DNA from: an uncultured Methylomirabilota bacterium
GTDB taxonomy: Bacteria > Methylomirabilota > Methylomirabilia > Methylomirabilales > 2-02-FULL-66-22
DNA: 64,000 nucleotides
Assembly: GCA_963705305.1 (NCBI GenBank)
Contig: OY970067.1
Coordinates: 2,688,001 to 2,752,000, forward strand
Reading direction: 5' to 3'
Part shown: one piece after another, positions 51,784 to 61,337 of the stretch
How positions within the stretch are numbered: position 1 is the first letter of the stretch
Layout of the letters: the number at the start of each line of letters is the position of its first letter
Position numbers and translations under genes: made by a program
Notes under the pieces: generated by a model
What the model saw: the letters and a program-made list of their open reading frames with translations, nothing else
Told to the model about the DNA's origin: nothing
Databases searched by the model: none

Positions 51784-53116
51784 TGTCGTAGCTCAGCGAT
51801 AATGTCCGCCCCCCACCCCGCGCCACTCCGCTGGGCGCGCGGGGTGGCCCCCCCTCAGCGGCGTTTCCGGGCCCGGAGTTGGCCAGGATCGGGGGGCGCT
51901 GGCGTGGTCGTGACCAGCCGGTCGCCGACATAGACCCGCCAGGAGCCGTCGAGGCACTGGACGACCTCGGCCTGGGCCCGGGCATAGCTCCGGCGATGGG
52001 GGCCAGGCGCGAGCTGGAGGACAACGTCCTCCACCCGGACGGTGCTATCCAGGGCCACCTGGCGGGCGTAGTGGAAGGCGCAGAGCCGATCCAGGTCGCC
52101 CCCGCGCGGGACCGGCCGGTAGGCAGCGGTCGCCACTGCGGCGGGGACGGCGAACTGGGCGTTGAAGGCCGGGAAGAAGGTGGTCGCCAAGAAGGCGTCC
52201 CCCGCCGCCGGGGTGGTGATCCCCGCGAGGGCAAGTTCGCCGACGAGGCGGTCCTGGCACGTGTTCCAGAGTCGCTCGATCCGGCCCTTGGCCTGCGGGC
52301 TCTCGGCGACGATATGGTGGACCCCGAGGGCCTGGAGGGCCCGCCCGACCTGCGTGGGATCCTGGTGGCCCTGGAGTTCTTCGGCGAGCGTCCAGTGGAG
52401 GTCGTGCCGCACGAAGATGCCATGGCCGTCCGTGTAGACGGCGGCCGGGAGCCCGACGGTCCGCCCCAGGGTGTGCAGGAGCCGGAGGTAGCCCGCGGCA
52501 TCCTCCTGGGCCCGGAAGGTCCCGGCGAGCACCGCCCCCGTGGCATCGTCAATGGCGGCGAGGAGACTGCAGGCGGGCTGGGTAGGCCCGAACCAGGCGA
52601 AGGGGCTCCCATCCAGCTGGCAGAGGAGCCCGGCCTGCGCCTGGCGGGGCCGCCGGGCCCGGTGGCGGGGGGGCCGGCGCCGGCGCGGGGAGACCAGGCC
52701 CGCCGCCCGGAGGAGGCGCTGGACGGTCGCGCGGCTCACCGCGAGCCCCTCCACGGCGGTGAGCTTCTCGGTGAGGTGGTGGTCATTGAGGCCCGCGGTC
52801 CCGCCCCCGTGCGAGGGCGACGATCTGCGCGCGGAGGGCCTCCGGCAGGTGGTTCGGCGCGGGGCGGCCCCGATTGCCATGGACCAGCCCTCCCGGGCCC
52901 ATCCGCCGGAGCCGGGCCCGTAAGCGCCGCACCTGCCGGGCGGTGAGTCCCACCGCCTCGGCCGCCTGCGCGGGACTGATGCGCTTGCCCTCCAGGAGAG
53001 TGAGCACGTGCACGCGTCGGGCTTCCTCGGGAGTCAGGGTCATCTGTCCTCCTCTCTACAAGAGCGGACAGAATCCCTGATCTGTTAGAGGCGGACAAGT
53101 TTGCTGAGCTACCACA
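51784..53116 (-). mobile_element. Insertion sequence, IS1202/ISNCY-like, with 17-bp target duplication
   Basis: 27-bp IRs TGTCGTAGCTCAGCGATAATGTCCGCC / TGTGGTAGCTCAGCAAACTTGTCCGCC; DR CGGGGCCGGAGCGGCCG at 51767-83 and 53117-33. Confidence 0.9.
51855..53043 (-). pseudogene. DDE transposase (ISNCY/IS1202 type), +1 frameshift near 52800
   Basis: N-terminal HTH (RQVRRL, LVHGNRGR) in one frame; QLDGS, AIDDATG, YTD, SPQAKGRIERL in the next. Confidence 0.85.
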
Positions 53117-53203
53117 CGGGGCCGGAGCGGCCGTTGACCCCTCCGGGGAAGTGTGCAATACTACTTCGCCCAGAACACCGAATACACCGGTGGATTGTCG
53201 CGA

Positions 53204-53905
53204 ATGTGGACCGAACTGGATAAGCTCTTGGAGCTGCAGAAGATCGATCAAGTCATTGCCCGGCTGGATGCCGAGGCGGAGGCCATTCCCCAGGCAATCG
53301 CGGCGCTGGACGCCCGCCTGGCCACGGCGCGGGATGGCTTGCAGGCGGCCAAGAGCGGGGCAGAGCAGATCCAGAAGGACCGGCGCGGCAAAGAGCGGGA
53401 GTTGGACGAGATCACCCAAAATATCAAGAAGAAACAGGCCCGTCTCTTTGAGATCAAGACGAACGACGAGTACTCCGCCGTCCTGAAGGAGATCGAGAGC
53501 CTGAAAGAGCGCTCTTCCCGGCTGGAGACGGAGATTCTCGAGCTGCTGGAGCGCGCCGACGTGACGGCAAAGACAGTGGGCGAGGCTGAGAAGGGGTTCA
53601 AGGCCGCAGAAGCCCTCCGCGATCAAGAGCGTGTGGGCAAAGAGGCGCAGCTGGCCAAGGTCCAGGCAGAACTGGCCACGCAGCAGGAGGCTCGCGCGAA
53701 ACAGGCCAGCCGCCTGGATGCCGAGCTGCTCCAGCAATATACCCGGTTGATGCGATCGCGAGGGGTGGTGGTCGTGCCGGTCAAGGACGGATCCTGCGGC
53801 GGCTGCGGCATCGCCTTGACCCCTCAGGCCTATAACGAGGTCCGCCGCAACGACCGGATGTTCACCTGCCCCTCCTGCAGCCGCGTCCTCTACTACGCGG
53901 GGTAG
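53204..53905 (+). CDS. Coiled-coil protein with C4-type zinc ribbon
   Basis: LLELQKID, long coiled coil, CGGC...CPSCSRVLY. Confidence 0.9.
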   Translation: MWTELDKLLELQKIDQVIARLDAEAEAIPQAIAALDARLATARDGLQAAKSGAEQIQKDRRGKERELDEITQNIKKKQARLFEIKTNDEYSAVLKEIESLKERSSRLETEILELLERADVTAKTVGEAEKGFKAAEALRDQERVGKEAQLAKVQAELATQQEARAKQASRLDAELLQQYTRLMRSRGVVVVPVKDGSCGGCGIALTPQAYNEVRRNDRMFTCPSCSRVLYYAG

Positions 53906-53909
53906 CGGA

Positions 53910-54536
53910 GTGGACCCCGCGATCCTTCTCGCCAGGCTCCGGCGCCTGAGCTGCGCGCGTCCGGGCGCCGAATCGCTCCAGCTTCCGCCCGGCCTGAGTC
54001 CCGACGAGGCGCTGCAGGCCGTCCGGGAGGCCGTGCAGAGCCTGGAGGGGTCGCCGGTCGTGAAGGCCCATTCGCCCGCCCTCGCAGGTACCCTCCACAT
54101 TCATATCGACGGGGCCGCACGGGGGAATCCGGGACCGGCCGGTGCGGGGGTCGTGTTGATCGGCCCTGACGGGCGGGCCGTCGAGCGCCTGCATCGATTC
54201 CTCGGTGAAGCGACCAACAACGTGGCGGAATATCAGGCCCTGCTCCTGGCGCTGGACCGGGCGCGAGCCCTGGGATATGCGGACCTGAGCGTTTGCTCCG
54301 ATTCGGAGCTTTTGGTCCGGCAGCTTCAAGGCCGATACCGGGTCAAGCATCCCGTGCTTCAGGTATTGCACGCGGCTGTGCGTGAGAAGCTGGCCGGTCT
54401 GCGTCATTTTGAGATCCGCCATGTCCCGCGCGAGGAGAATTCTCAGGCTGACGCCCTGGCCAACCAGGCGATCGACGAAGCCCTGCGGCCTCAGCGGCGG
54501 GCCGATACCCCCGCCTCGCCCGGAACGCGAGAATAG
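53910..54536 (+). CDS. Ribonuclease HI family protein
   Basis: DGAARGNPGPAGAG, TNNVAEY, DSELLVRQ, HVPREEN..AD.LAN. Confidence 0.92.
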   Translation: MDPAILLARLRRLSCARPGAESLQLPPGLSPDEALQAVREAVQSLEGSPVVKAHSPALAGTLHIHIDGAARGNPGPAGAGVVLIGPDGRAVERLHRFLGEATNNVAEYQALLLALDRARALGYADLSVCSDSELLVRQLQGRYRVKHPVLQVLHAAVREKLAGLRHFEIRHVPREENSQADALANQAIDEALRPQRRADTPASPGTRE

Positions 54537-54538
54537 CC

Positions 54539-55040
54539 ATGACCCGCACACACTGGCGGCGCCCGGTGCCGATGGGAGAGGCGGTGTCGGCAGCCCTGCG
54601 GCGGCTCGGCCTCGAGACACGTTTCCGCCAGGAACAGATCTGGACCGTCTGGTCCGCTGTGGTCGGTCCGCAGATCGCCCGACACGCCCAGCCGTACGCG
54701 GTGCGGCAGGGTCGGCTGATCGTCCACGTCAGCGACCCGGTGTGGCTCCACCACCTGAGCATGATGCGCCATCGGGTCGTGGCCGCCCTGAATGAGCGCC
54801 TGGATACCCTGGTCATTCGCGAGAATCGTGCTTCGTGTGGGGGAACTGCCCGATCTCCCCCTGGCCCCTCTCCCTCACCCCTCGCGCGAGGCGGGGACGG
54901 CCGAACTGGATCCCGTCCTCCGGGCCAAAGTCGAATCGGCCCTGGCGATACTCGGGGATGCACCCTGCATGGAGGCGGTGCGCCGACTGTTGCTGCGCGC
55001 CGCCCAAGAGAGCCGCAAGACCCCCTTTGGTCAAAAGTGA
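54539..55040 (+). CDS. DUF721/DciA family protein (apparent +1 frameshift near 54824)
   Basis: WSAVVGPQIARHAQP...L.VHVSDPVWLHHL; removing one base gives IREIVLRVG. Confidence 0.8.
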
Positions 55041-55165
55041 CACAGTCCGTTGCAGCAGAACCACGCTGCCCCCAGCCTGAATCAGCCGAAGAATTCTCCC
55101 CTCCGGAATATTCATTTCTTCCCTTTATATTTCAACTAGTTAAGTTTTGAATAGCTGTATTCATT

Positions 55166-55182
55166 CTGGTATAAACATTGCA
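55166..55182 (+). promoter_or_regulatory. Sigma54 (-24/-12) promoter upstream of lpxC
   Basis: CTGGTATA-AACA-TTGCA matches YTGGCACG-N4-TTGCW spacing; AT-rich upstream region. Confidence 0.7.
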
Positions 55183-55244
55183 TGTTGTAACACCGGCTTA
55201 GCCTGGTAAGTAATGTTACTATGTGGAACCCAGAGGAGACCAAC

Positions 55245-56171
55245 TTGAGCCATCAGCGTACCATAGAGCGTTCAGTCCAGTGTGAGGGGATCGGTCTTCA
55301 CACCGGTGAACATGCCGTCATGATGTTGCGGCCGGCCCAGGCCAACCGGGGCGTGATTTTTCGGCGGACGGATCTTCCAGGCGCTCCCACCATTGAGGCG
55401 GCGCTGGAAAATGTTACCGACACCCACTATGCCACTACGATCGCCAAAAACGGGGCCTCGGTTAAGACCATCGAGCACCTCATGTCCGCACTGGCCGGCT
55501 TGGGGGTTGACAACGTCCAGGTGGATTTGACGGGTCCGGAGGTCCCCATTCTGGACGGAAGCTCCGCCCCCTTCGTGGAATTGATTCGTCATGCGGGCCT
55601 GCGTCGCCAGTTCGCCCCTAAGACGTTTTTGAAGGTCCGCCAGCCGGTGACGGTGGAGGTCGGGACCCGCAGTCTGCGCATCGTTCCGTCCGAGCGGCTG
55701 AAGGTCATCTACACCATGTGCTTCGACCATCCCATCCTGGGAGAGCAGACGACGGCCATGGATGTCGGGCGGGAGCGGTATGCGCGGGATGTCGCCCCCT
55801 GCCGAACCTTCGGATTCCTGCGGGACCTCGATATGCTGTGGCGCATGGGCTTGGCCAAGGGCGGCTCGCTGGAGAACGCCCTGGTGATCGGCGAAGAGGG
55901 GGTTCTGAACGGGCCCATGCGCTTTCCGGACGAGCTGGTCCGGCACAAGATCCTGGACCTCATGGGCGACTTGTATCTGCTGGGGAAGCCCCTGGTAGGC
56001 ACCGTCATCGCCCATGGCGCCGGACACCAGCTGCACCTCCAGCTCGTCCGCCGTATTCAAGAGCAGCTGGGTCTGCAGCCGGAGCCGTTCAGCCTTTCCG
56101 CGTCGGCGGTGGAGCAGTGGGTTTCTCCGCTCTTCCCTCCGGCACGCCGCCTGAAAGCGGCAGCACTCTGA
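55245..56171 (+). CDS. lpxC: UDP-3-O-acyl-GlcNAc deacetylase
   Basis: QRTI, GIGLHTG, TIEHLMSAL, EVPILDGS, RTFGF, HKILD; TTG start after GAGGAG (ATG 55221 is an alternative). Confidence 0.95.
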   Translation: MSHQRTIERSVQCEGIGLHTGEHAVMMLRPAQANRGVIFRRTDLPGAPTIEAALENVTDTHYATTIAKNGASVKTIEHLMSALAGLGVDNVQVDLTGPEVPILDGSSAPFVELIRHAGLRRQFAPKTFLKVRQPVTVEVGTRSLRIVPSERLKVIYTMCFDHPILGEQTTAMDVGRERYARDVAPCRTFGFLRDLDMLWRMGLAKGGSLENALVIGEEGVLNGPMRFPDELVRHKILDLMGDLYLLGKPLVGTVIAHGAGHQLHLQLVRRIQEQLGLQPEPFSLSASAVEQWVSPLFPPARRLKAAAL

Positions 56172-56359
56172 CCGGATGCCGCCCGGCGATTCTCGCCTTC
56201 GCCCCTGCGTCCGCCGGAGCCTTGCGGCGCCCCTTTAGTCTTGCCATCGGCAGTCGCCCTTCCTATACTGTGACCTCAAATCAGTCGCCATGACCTCGAG
56301 TGGGCCGCCGGGCCGGCCCGGCAGCCGGGTCCCGCTTCGCGAGGCGTGAGGCAAGGGGT

Positions 56360-58615
56360 ATGTCGCAGGCGCCGCCGCCACTCAACGACCAGCTCCCTCC
56401 CGTCGATCCCGGGAGCCGGAGTCGGCGGAATCGCATCATCTTGGGCTCCGTCCTGGTCCTGGTGGTGGCCCTGACGGCGGTGCAGGTTCTCATCCAGCAG
56501 CTCCGCTTTCCGACCCCCATTGCCTCCAACATCCTGATTTTCGCCCTGGTGAACGTCAACATCGTCCTCCTCCTGTTGCTGGTGTTGCTGGTCTTCCGCA
56601 GCCTCTTCAAGGTCTATCTGGAGCGGCGCGAGAACCTCCTGGGATCCAAGTTCCGTGTGAAGCTGGCCGTGGCCTTCGTCAGCCTGGCGCTCCTGCCGGC
56701 GGGCCTCCTGTTCCTGGTCGCCAGCAATCTCATCACCAACAGCGTGGACAGTTGGTTCAACAGCCAGGTGGAACAATCGCTGGACAACGCCAGCGACGTG
56801 GCCCGGGCGTACGCACGGAACACCCAGGACGAGGCCTTGAACCAGGCGCGGCAGGTGGCCGCCCGCCTGGGAGACGTCCTGGGCCCCGGGGGGAGCGTGA
56901 GTGCGATCCGCCGCCTGGGCACCGAAAAGGTCCGAGAGTACGGGCTGGACGGACTCCAGATCTTCAGCCGGAAGCAGGTGGAGGTAGGGCAGTGGAGGGG
57001 CTCGCGGGTTCCGGGGGCCGCCATGCTGTCCCCCGCCTCGCCGATGGTGCGGCAGGGACTGCACGGCGAATCCTTCGTGACCGTTCAGAGCTTCTGGCAG
57101 GGGGACGTGATCCGGGCAGTGGCCCCGGTGATTGCGGCCGGGCAGCCGCGGGAGGTCCTGGGCGTCGTGACGGTGACGACGTGGATCCCGGACGCGCTGG
57201 CCACGAAGGCGGCTGAGATCGAGAAGGGGATGCAGGAGTACCAGCAGCTCCGCCTCCTGAAGAATCCCATCAAGGGCATCTACCTGATGCTGTTCCTCAT
57301 GGTCACCCTGGTGATCATCTTCGGCGCGATCTGGGTGGGCGTCTATCTGGCCCGAGGAATCACCGTGCCCATCCAGCAGCTGGCCGAGGGCACCCGCAAG
57401 GTGGCGGCCGGAGACCTCAGCTACAGGGTCCAGGTCAAAGCGGACGACGAGATCGGGATGCTGGTGGAGTCATTCAACCGCATGACCGAAGACCTGGGTC
57501 GCGGCAAGGTGGAGCTGACCCAGGCCTATCAAGAACTGCAGCACTCCAACGTGGAGTTGGACCGCCGCCGCGCCTACATGGAGACCGTCCTGGAGACGAT
57601 TGCCAGCGGCGTGCTGTCCCTGGATGCCGGTGGCCGGGTGAACACGGTCAACAGTGCGGCAGCGCGCATGCTGGGCCGGCCCGCCGGCGAGATCCTGCAC
57701 CGGTCGTACGCCGAGGTGTTCGGAGAGGATACCCTGGCGCCGCTCCGCCGGCTGGTGGCCCAGCTGGCGGAGGAGGGGCGGGAGACCTCCGACCAGCAGA
57801 TCACGTTGACCCTGAACGGGCGGCCCGCCACCCTGATGGTCACCGTGGGCGCCCTGCGCGGTCCGGGCGGAGACCCGCGGGGCCTGCTGGTGGTTCTGGA
57901 CGACATCTCGGAGGTGATCCGGGCGCAGCAGGCCCTGGCCTGGCGCGAGGTGGCTCGCCGCATCGCCCACGAGATCAAGAACCCCCTCACCCCGATTCAG
58001 CTCTCGGCGCAGCGGCTCCGCAAGAAGTTTGCGGAAGGGGCCCCCGACGCGGCGTTGGTGCTGGATGAATGCACCCGCACCATCATCCAGGAAGTCGAGG
58101 GACTGAAGAGCCTCGTCGATGAGTTCTCGCGCTACGCGCGGATGCCCAGCCCTCGTCCGCGACCGGGGGATCTCCATGCGGTCATTCGACAGGTGGCGCA
58201 GCTGTACGCCGGTGTACAGTCCGGCATCGTGCTGCGGGTCGAGCTGGACCCGGCGGTCCCGGCGGTCAGCCTGGACCCGGACCATATGAAGCGGGCGCTC
58301 ATCAACCTGGTGGACAACGCCGTGGCAGCGATCGGCGAGGGGGATGGGCAGATCGTGATTGCCACCCGCTACCAGCCGGAGACAGGACTCGTGCGAATGG
58401 AGGTGAGCGACACGGGGACCGGCTTTCCCTCCGAGGACCGGGACCGTGCGTTCCTCCCCTACTATTCCACCAAGCGGCTCTCCGGCGGCCTGGGTCTGGC
58501 CATCGTCCACCGGATCATCCTGGAACACGGCGGAAAGATCCGGATCGAGGACAACCTCCCGCGGGGGGCCAAGCTGATCATCACGCTGCCGGCGCTGGTT
58601 CCGGCCTTGACCTGA
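56360..58615 (+). CDS. NtrY-like sensor histidine kinase (HAMP, PAS)
   Basis: TM segments, DEIGMLVESFNRM, AWREVARRIAHEIKNPLTPIQLSAQRL. Confidence 0.93.
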   Translation: MSQAPPPLNDQLPPVDPGSRSRRNRIILGSVLVLVVALTAVQVLIQQLRFPTPIASNILIFALVNVNIVLLLLLVLLVFRSLFKVYLERRENLLGSKFRVKLAVAFVSLALLPAGLLFLVASNLITNSVDSWFNSQVEQSLDNASDVARAYARNTQDEALNQARQVAARLGDVLGPGGSVSAIRRLGTEKVREYGLDGLQIFSRKQVEVGQWRGSRVPGAAMLSPASPMVRQGLHGESFVTVQSFWQGDVIRAVAPVIAAGQPREVLGVVTVTTWIPDALATKAAEIEKGMQEYQQLRLLKNPIKGIYLMLFLMVTLVIIFGAIWVGVYLARGITVPIQQLAEGTRKVAAGDLSYRVQVKADDEIGMLVESFNRMTEDLGRGKVELTQAYQELQHSNVELDRRRAYMETVLETIASGVLSLDAGGRVNTVNSAAARMLGRPAGEILHRSYAEVFGEDTLAPLRRLVAQLAEEGRETSDQQITLTLNGRPATLMVTVGALRGPGGDPRGLLVVLDDISEVIRAQQALAWREVARRIAHEIKNPLTPIQLSAQRLRKKFAEGAPDAALVLDECTRTIIQEVEGLKSLVDEFSRYARMPSPRPRPGDLHAVIRQVAQLYAGVQSGIVLRVELDPAVPAVSLDPDHMKRALINLVDNAVAAIGEGDGQIVIATRYQPETGLVRMEVSDTGTGFPSEDRDRAFLPYYSTKRLSGGLGLAIVHRIILEHGGKIRIEDNLPRGAKLIITLPALVPALT

Positions 58616-58625
58616 GGCAGTCCGG

Positions 58626-60005
58626 ATGGCAACCGAAGAGATCCTGGTCGTCGACGACGAGAAGAACATCCGCAGCTCCCTGGAGGGCATCCTGGCGGAT
58701 GAGGGCTACCGCGTCCGCGGGGTTGCCACGGGTGAGGAGCTGCTGAAGCAGATGGTCCAGGCGCCCGCGGAGCTGGTGATCCTGGACGTCTGGCTGCCGG
58801 GGATGGACGGGCTGCAGGCCCTGGAAGAGGTGAAGCGGCTCTACCCGGAGCTTCCCGTGATCATGATCTCGGGCCACTCCACGGTGGAGACGGCGGTCAG
58901 AGCGACCAAGCTGGGCGCCTACGACTTCATCGAGAAGCCGCTGAGCCTGGAAAAGACGGTCCTGGCGGTGCGCAACGCACTGGACCGCCACCGGCTGGAG
59001 CAGGAGAACCGCGCGCTCCGGCAGACCCTGGAGGAGCGATACGAGATCGTGGGCGACAGCCCGGCCATTCGGGCCCTGCGCATCCAGGTCCAGTCGGCGG
59101 CTCCCAGCCACGGGCGCGTCCTGATTCGGGGCGAGAGCGGGACCGGGAAGGAGCTCGTGGCCCGGGCGATCCACCGCAGCAGCCTGCGGGCGAATCGGCC
59201 GTTCGTGGAGGTCAATTGTGCGGCCATCCCGGACGAGTTGATCGAAAGCGAGCTGTTCGGCCACGAGAAGGGGGCCTTCACGGGGGCGACCGCCAAGCGC
59301 CGCGGCAAATTCGAGCTGGCGGACGGCGGCACCATCTTCCTGGATGAAGTCGGGGACATGAGCTTGAAGACGCAGGCCAAGGTCCTGCGGGTCCTCCAGG
59401 AGCAGACCTTCGAGCGGGTGGGTGGCAGCGAGACGCTCAGCGTGGACGTTCGGGTGATTGCCGCCTCGAACAAGGATTTGGAGAAGGAGATTCAGGCGGG
59501 CACCTTCCGCGAGGATCTCTTCTACCGCCTGAGCGTTATTCCCTTCGAGGTCCCGCCGCTCCGCGATCGCCGGGAGGACATTTCGCTGCTCAGCGGGCAT
59601 TTTCTGCGGCAGTTCTCCCGGGAATACGGCAAGTGGGAGAAGACGCTCAGCCCGGGCGCGCTCGACCTGCTGGTGCGGTATCCCTGGCCGGGAAACGTGC
59701 GGGAGCTCCGCAACGTGATCGAGCGCATGGTCATCATGGTATCGCAGGACAGCATCCAGGACGCAGATGTTGCCCTCTCCCTTCGCCCGCGCGCCGGGGT
59801 AGCTCCGACCATCGAGGTGGAGCCCGTCCTGGACTGGAACGGCAGCCTGCGCGAGGCGCGGGAGCAGTTCGAGCGGGAGTACATTCTGCGCCGCTTGCGC
59901 GAGGTCCACTGGAACATCACCCGCGCGGCAGAGTGCATGGGAATCGAGCGCAGCAATCTCCACCGGAAAATGAAGGCCTACGGCATCGAGCCCCCCCGGG
60001 GATAG
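58626..60005 (+). CDS. NtrX-like sigma54-dependent response regulator
   Basis: REC, GESGTGKE, GAFTGA, WPGNVREL, Fis-type HTH. Confidence 0.95.
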   Translation: MATEEILVVDDEKNIRSSLEGILADEGYRVRGVATGEELLKQMVQAPAELVILDVWLPGMDGLQALEEVKRLYPELPVIMISGHSTVETAVRATKLGAYDFIEKPLSLEKTVLAVRNALDRHRLEQENRALRQTLEERYEIVGDSPAIRALRIQVQSAAPSHGRVLIRGESGTGKELVARAIHRSSLRANRPFVEVNCAAIPDELIESELFGHEKGAFTGATAKRRGKFELADGGTIFLDEVGDMSLKTQAKVLRVLQEQTFERVGGSETLSVDVRVIAASNKDLEKEIQAGTFREDLFYRLSVIPFEVPPLRDRREDISLLSGHFLRQFSREYGKWEKTLSPGALDLLVRYPWPGNVRELRNVIERMVIMVSQDSIQDADVALSLRPRAGVAPTIEVEPVLDWNGSLREAREQFEREYILRRLREVHWNITRAAECMGIERSNLHRKMKAYGIEPPRG

Positions 60006-60059
60006 GGCGGGGGTTGCGCCGGACGGCGAGGCGTTGCGGGGCGGCGGAGCGAAGCCAGC

Positions 60060-60720
60060 GTGAGAGACGACCGGGGCGTGATTTTCGATCTGGACGGCGT
60101 GCTGATCAACAGTGAGCCGCTGCATTGCCGCGCCTTCCAGGAGGTCCTGGCGAGCTACGGGGTGCGGCTGACCGAGGCGGAGTACTTTGCCACGTACATC
60201 GTCTACTCTGACCGCGAAGTCCTGGGGCAGCTGCTGCCGGCGGGCGGGCCGCTGGACGAGGCGGTCGCCAGGAAGGGACGCCGGTATCTGGAACTGGTGA
60301 CGGCCGGGGTGCCCGCGTTTCGGGACGGGCTGGCGCTCCTGGCGCGAACCGACGGATGGCGCGTAGCCCTGGCCACGGGGTCGCTCCGACCGGAGGCGGA
60401 GCTGGCCCTAGAGGCCCTGGCAATCCGCGATCGCTTTGCGGTCGTCGTCACCCGCGAGGATTGTGAGGCGGGCAAACCGGACCCGGAGCCGTTCCTGCGG
60501 GCGGCCGACGGACTTCGAATTCCTCCCCGCCGATGCGTGGTTGTGGAGGACACGCCGGGCGGCGTGCGGGCGGCCAAGGCGGCGGGAATGGCCTGTGTGG
60601 CCGTGACCCACTCGTGCCCCCGGGAGTCCCTCACCGAGGCCGATTCTCATCGTCGACGATCTTGCGGCGGTCGATCTGGCGGCCGCCCTTTCCGGGGAAG
60701 GCGGGCGGGATGCCGGATAG
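60060..60720 (+). CDS. HAD family phosphatase (apparent +1 frameshift near 60645)
   Basis: FDLDGVL, KPDPEPF, VVEDTPGG; removing one base gives EADLIVDDL. Confidence 0.85.
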
Positions 60721-61237
60721 GGCGATTCACGATCGTCTGCGGACCGTCCTGGCCCCGTTGCGGGTCGTCTACGGGGCCATGCTGGGCTCCATCCTCATCT
60801 ACTGGATCGTGGTCCAGGTGATCCGCAAGGTGGGGCAGATCCCGCAGGGGCGGGACATCTTCGCCGCGGTGGATTGGCTCCGCTACCCTCTGTACGTTCT
60901 GGGGGCCGCGGCCTGCCTGGCGGTCCCCGTCCTCCGGCGGAGACTTTTCGATCCGCAGGCGGCGGTCCGGCGGGCCCGCGGCCAGGCGCTGCCCGAGGTG
61001 CTGTCGGCCCTCTCGTCGAACCAGGTGCTGATCTTTGGGGTGGCCGAGGTGCCGGTCATCCTGGGGCTGGCCCTGTACTTTGTCGGCGGGTACCTGCTGG
61101 ATTTCTACACCCTGGCGGGGTTCTCGGTGGTGGCCTTTGCCCTGGCCTTCCCCTCGTCCGGCGAATGGCAGCACACCCTGAGTCAGATCCGGCTGTTCCG
61201 CCCGGAACTGTTCGAATCCCCCGACTCCCGCGAGTGA
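60710..61237 (+). CDS. Hypothetical membrane protein
   Basis: Four hydrophobic segments; overlaps the corrected HAD stop. Confidence 0.7.
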   Translation: MPDRAIHDRLRTVLAPLRVVYGAMLGSILIYWIVVQVIRKVGQIPQGRDIFAAVDWLRYPLYVLGAAACLAVPVLRRRLFDPQAAVRRARGQALPEVLSALSSNQVLIFGVAEVPVILGLALYFVGGYLLDFYTLAGFSVVAFALAFPSSGEWQHTLSQIRLFRPELFESPDSRE

Positions 61238-61337
61238 GGTCCGGTCCGGACTGAGCCCGTCACGGCTGCTGGCCCCGGCGAGGCGGGGGCGTCGGAGGCC
61301 GGGCGCCCGCGTGCGGTGGGGTCGCGAGGACTGTGGC

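Noticed and set aside
47874..53133. Prophage or anti-phage defence island
   Set aside because: No integrase, structural phage genes or recognisable defence genes; only fragments and small proteins.
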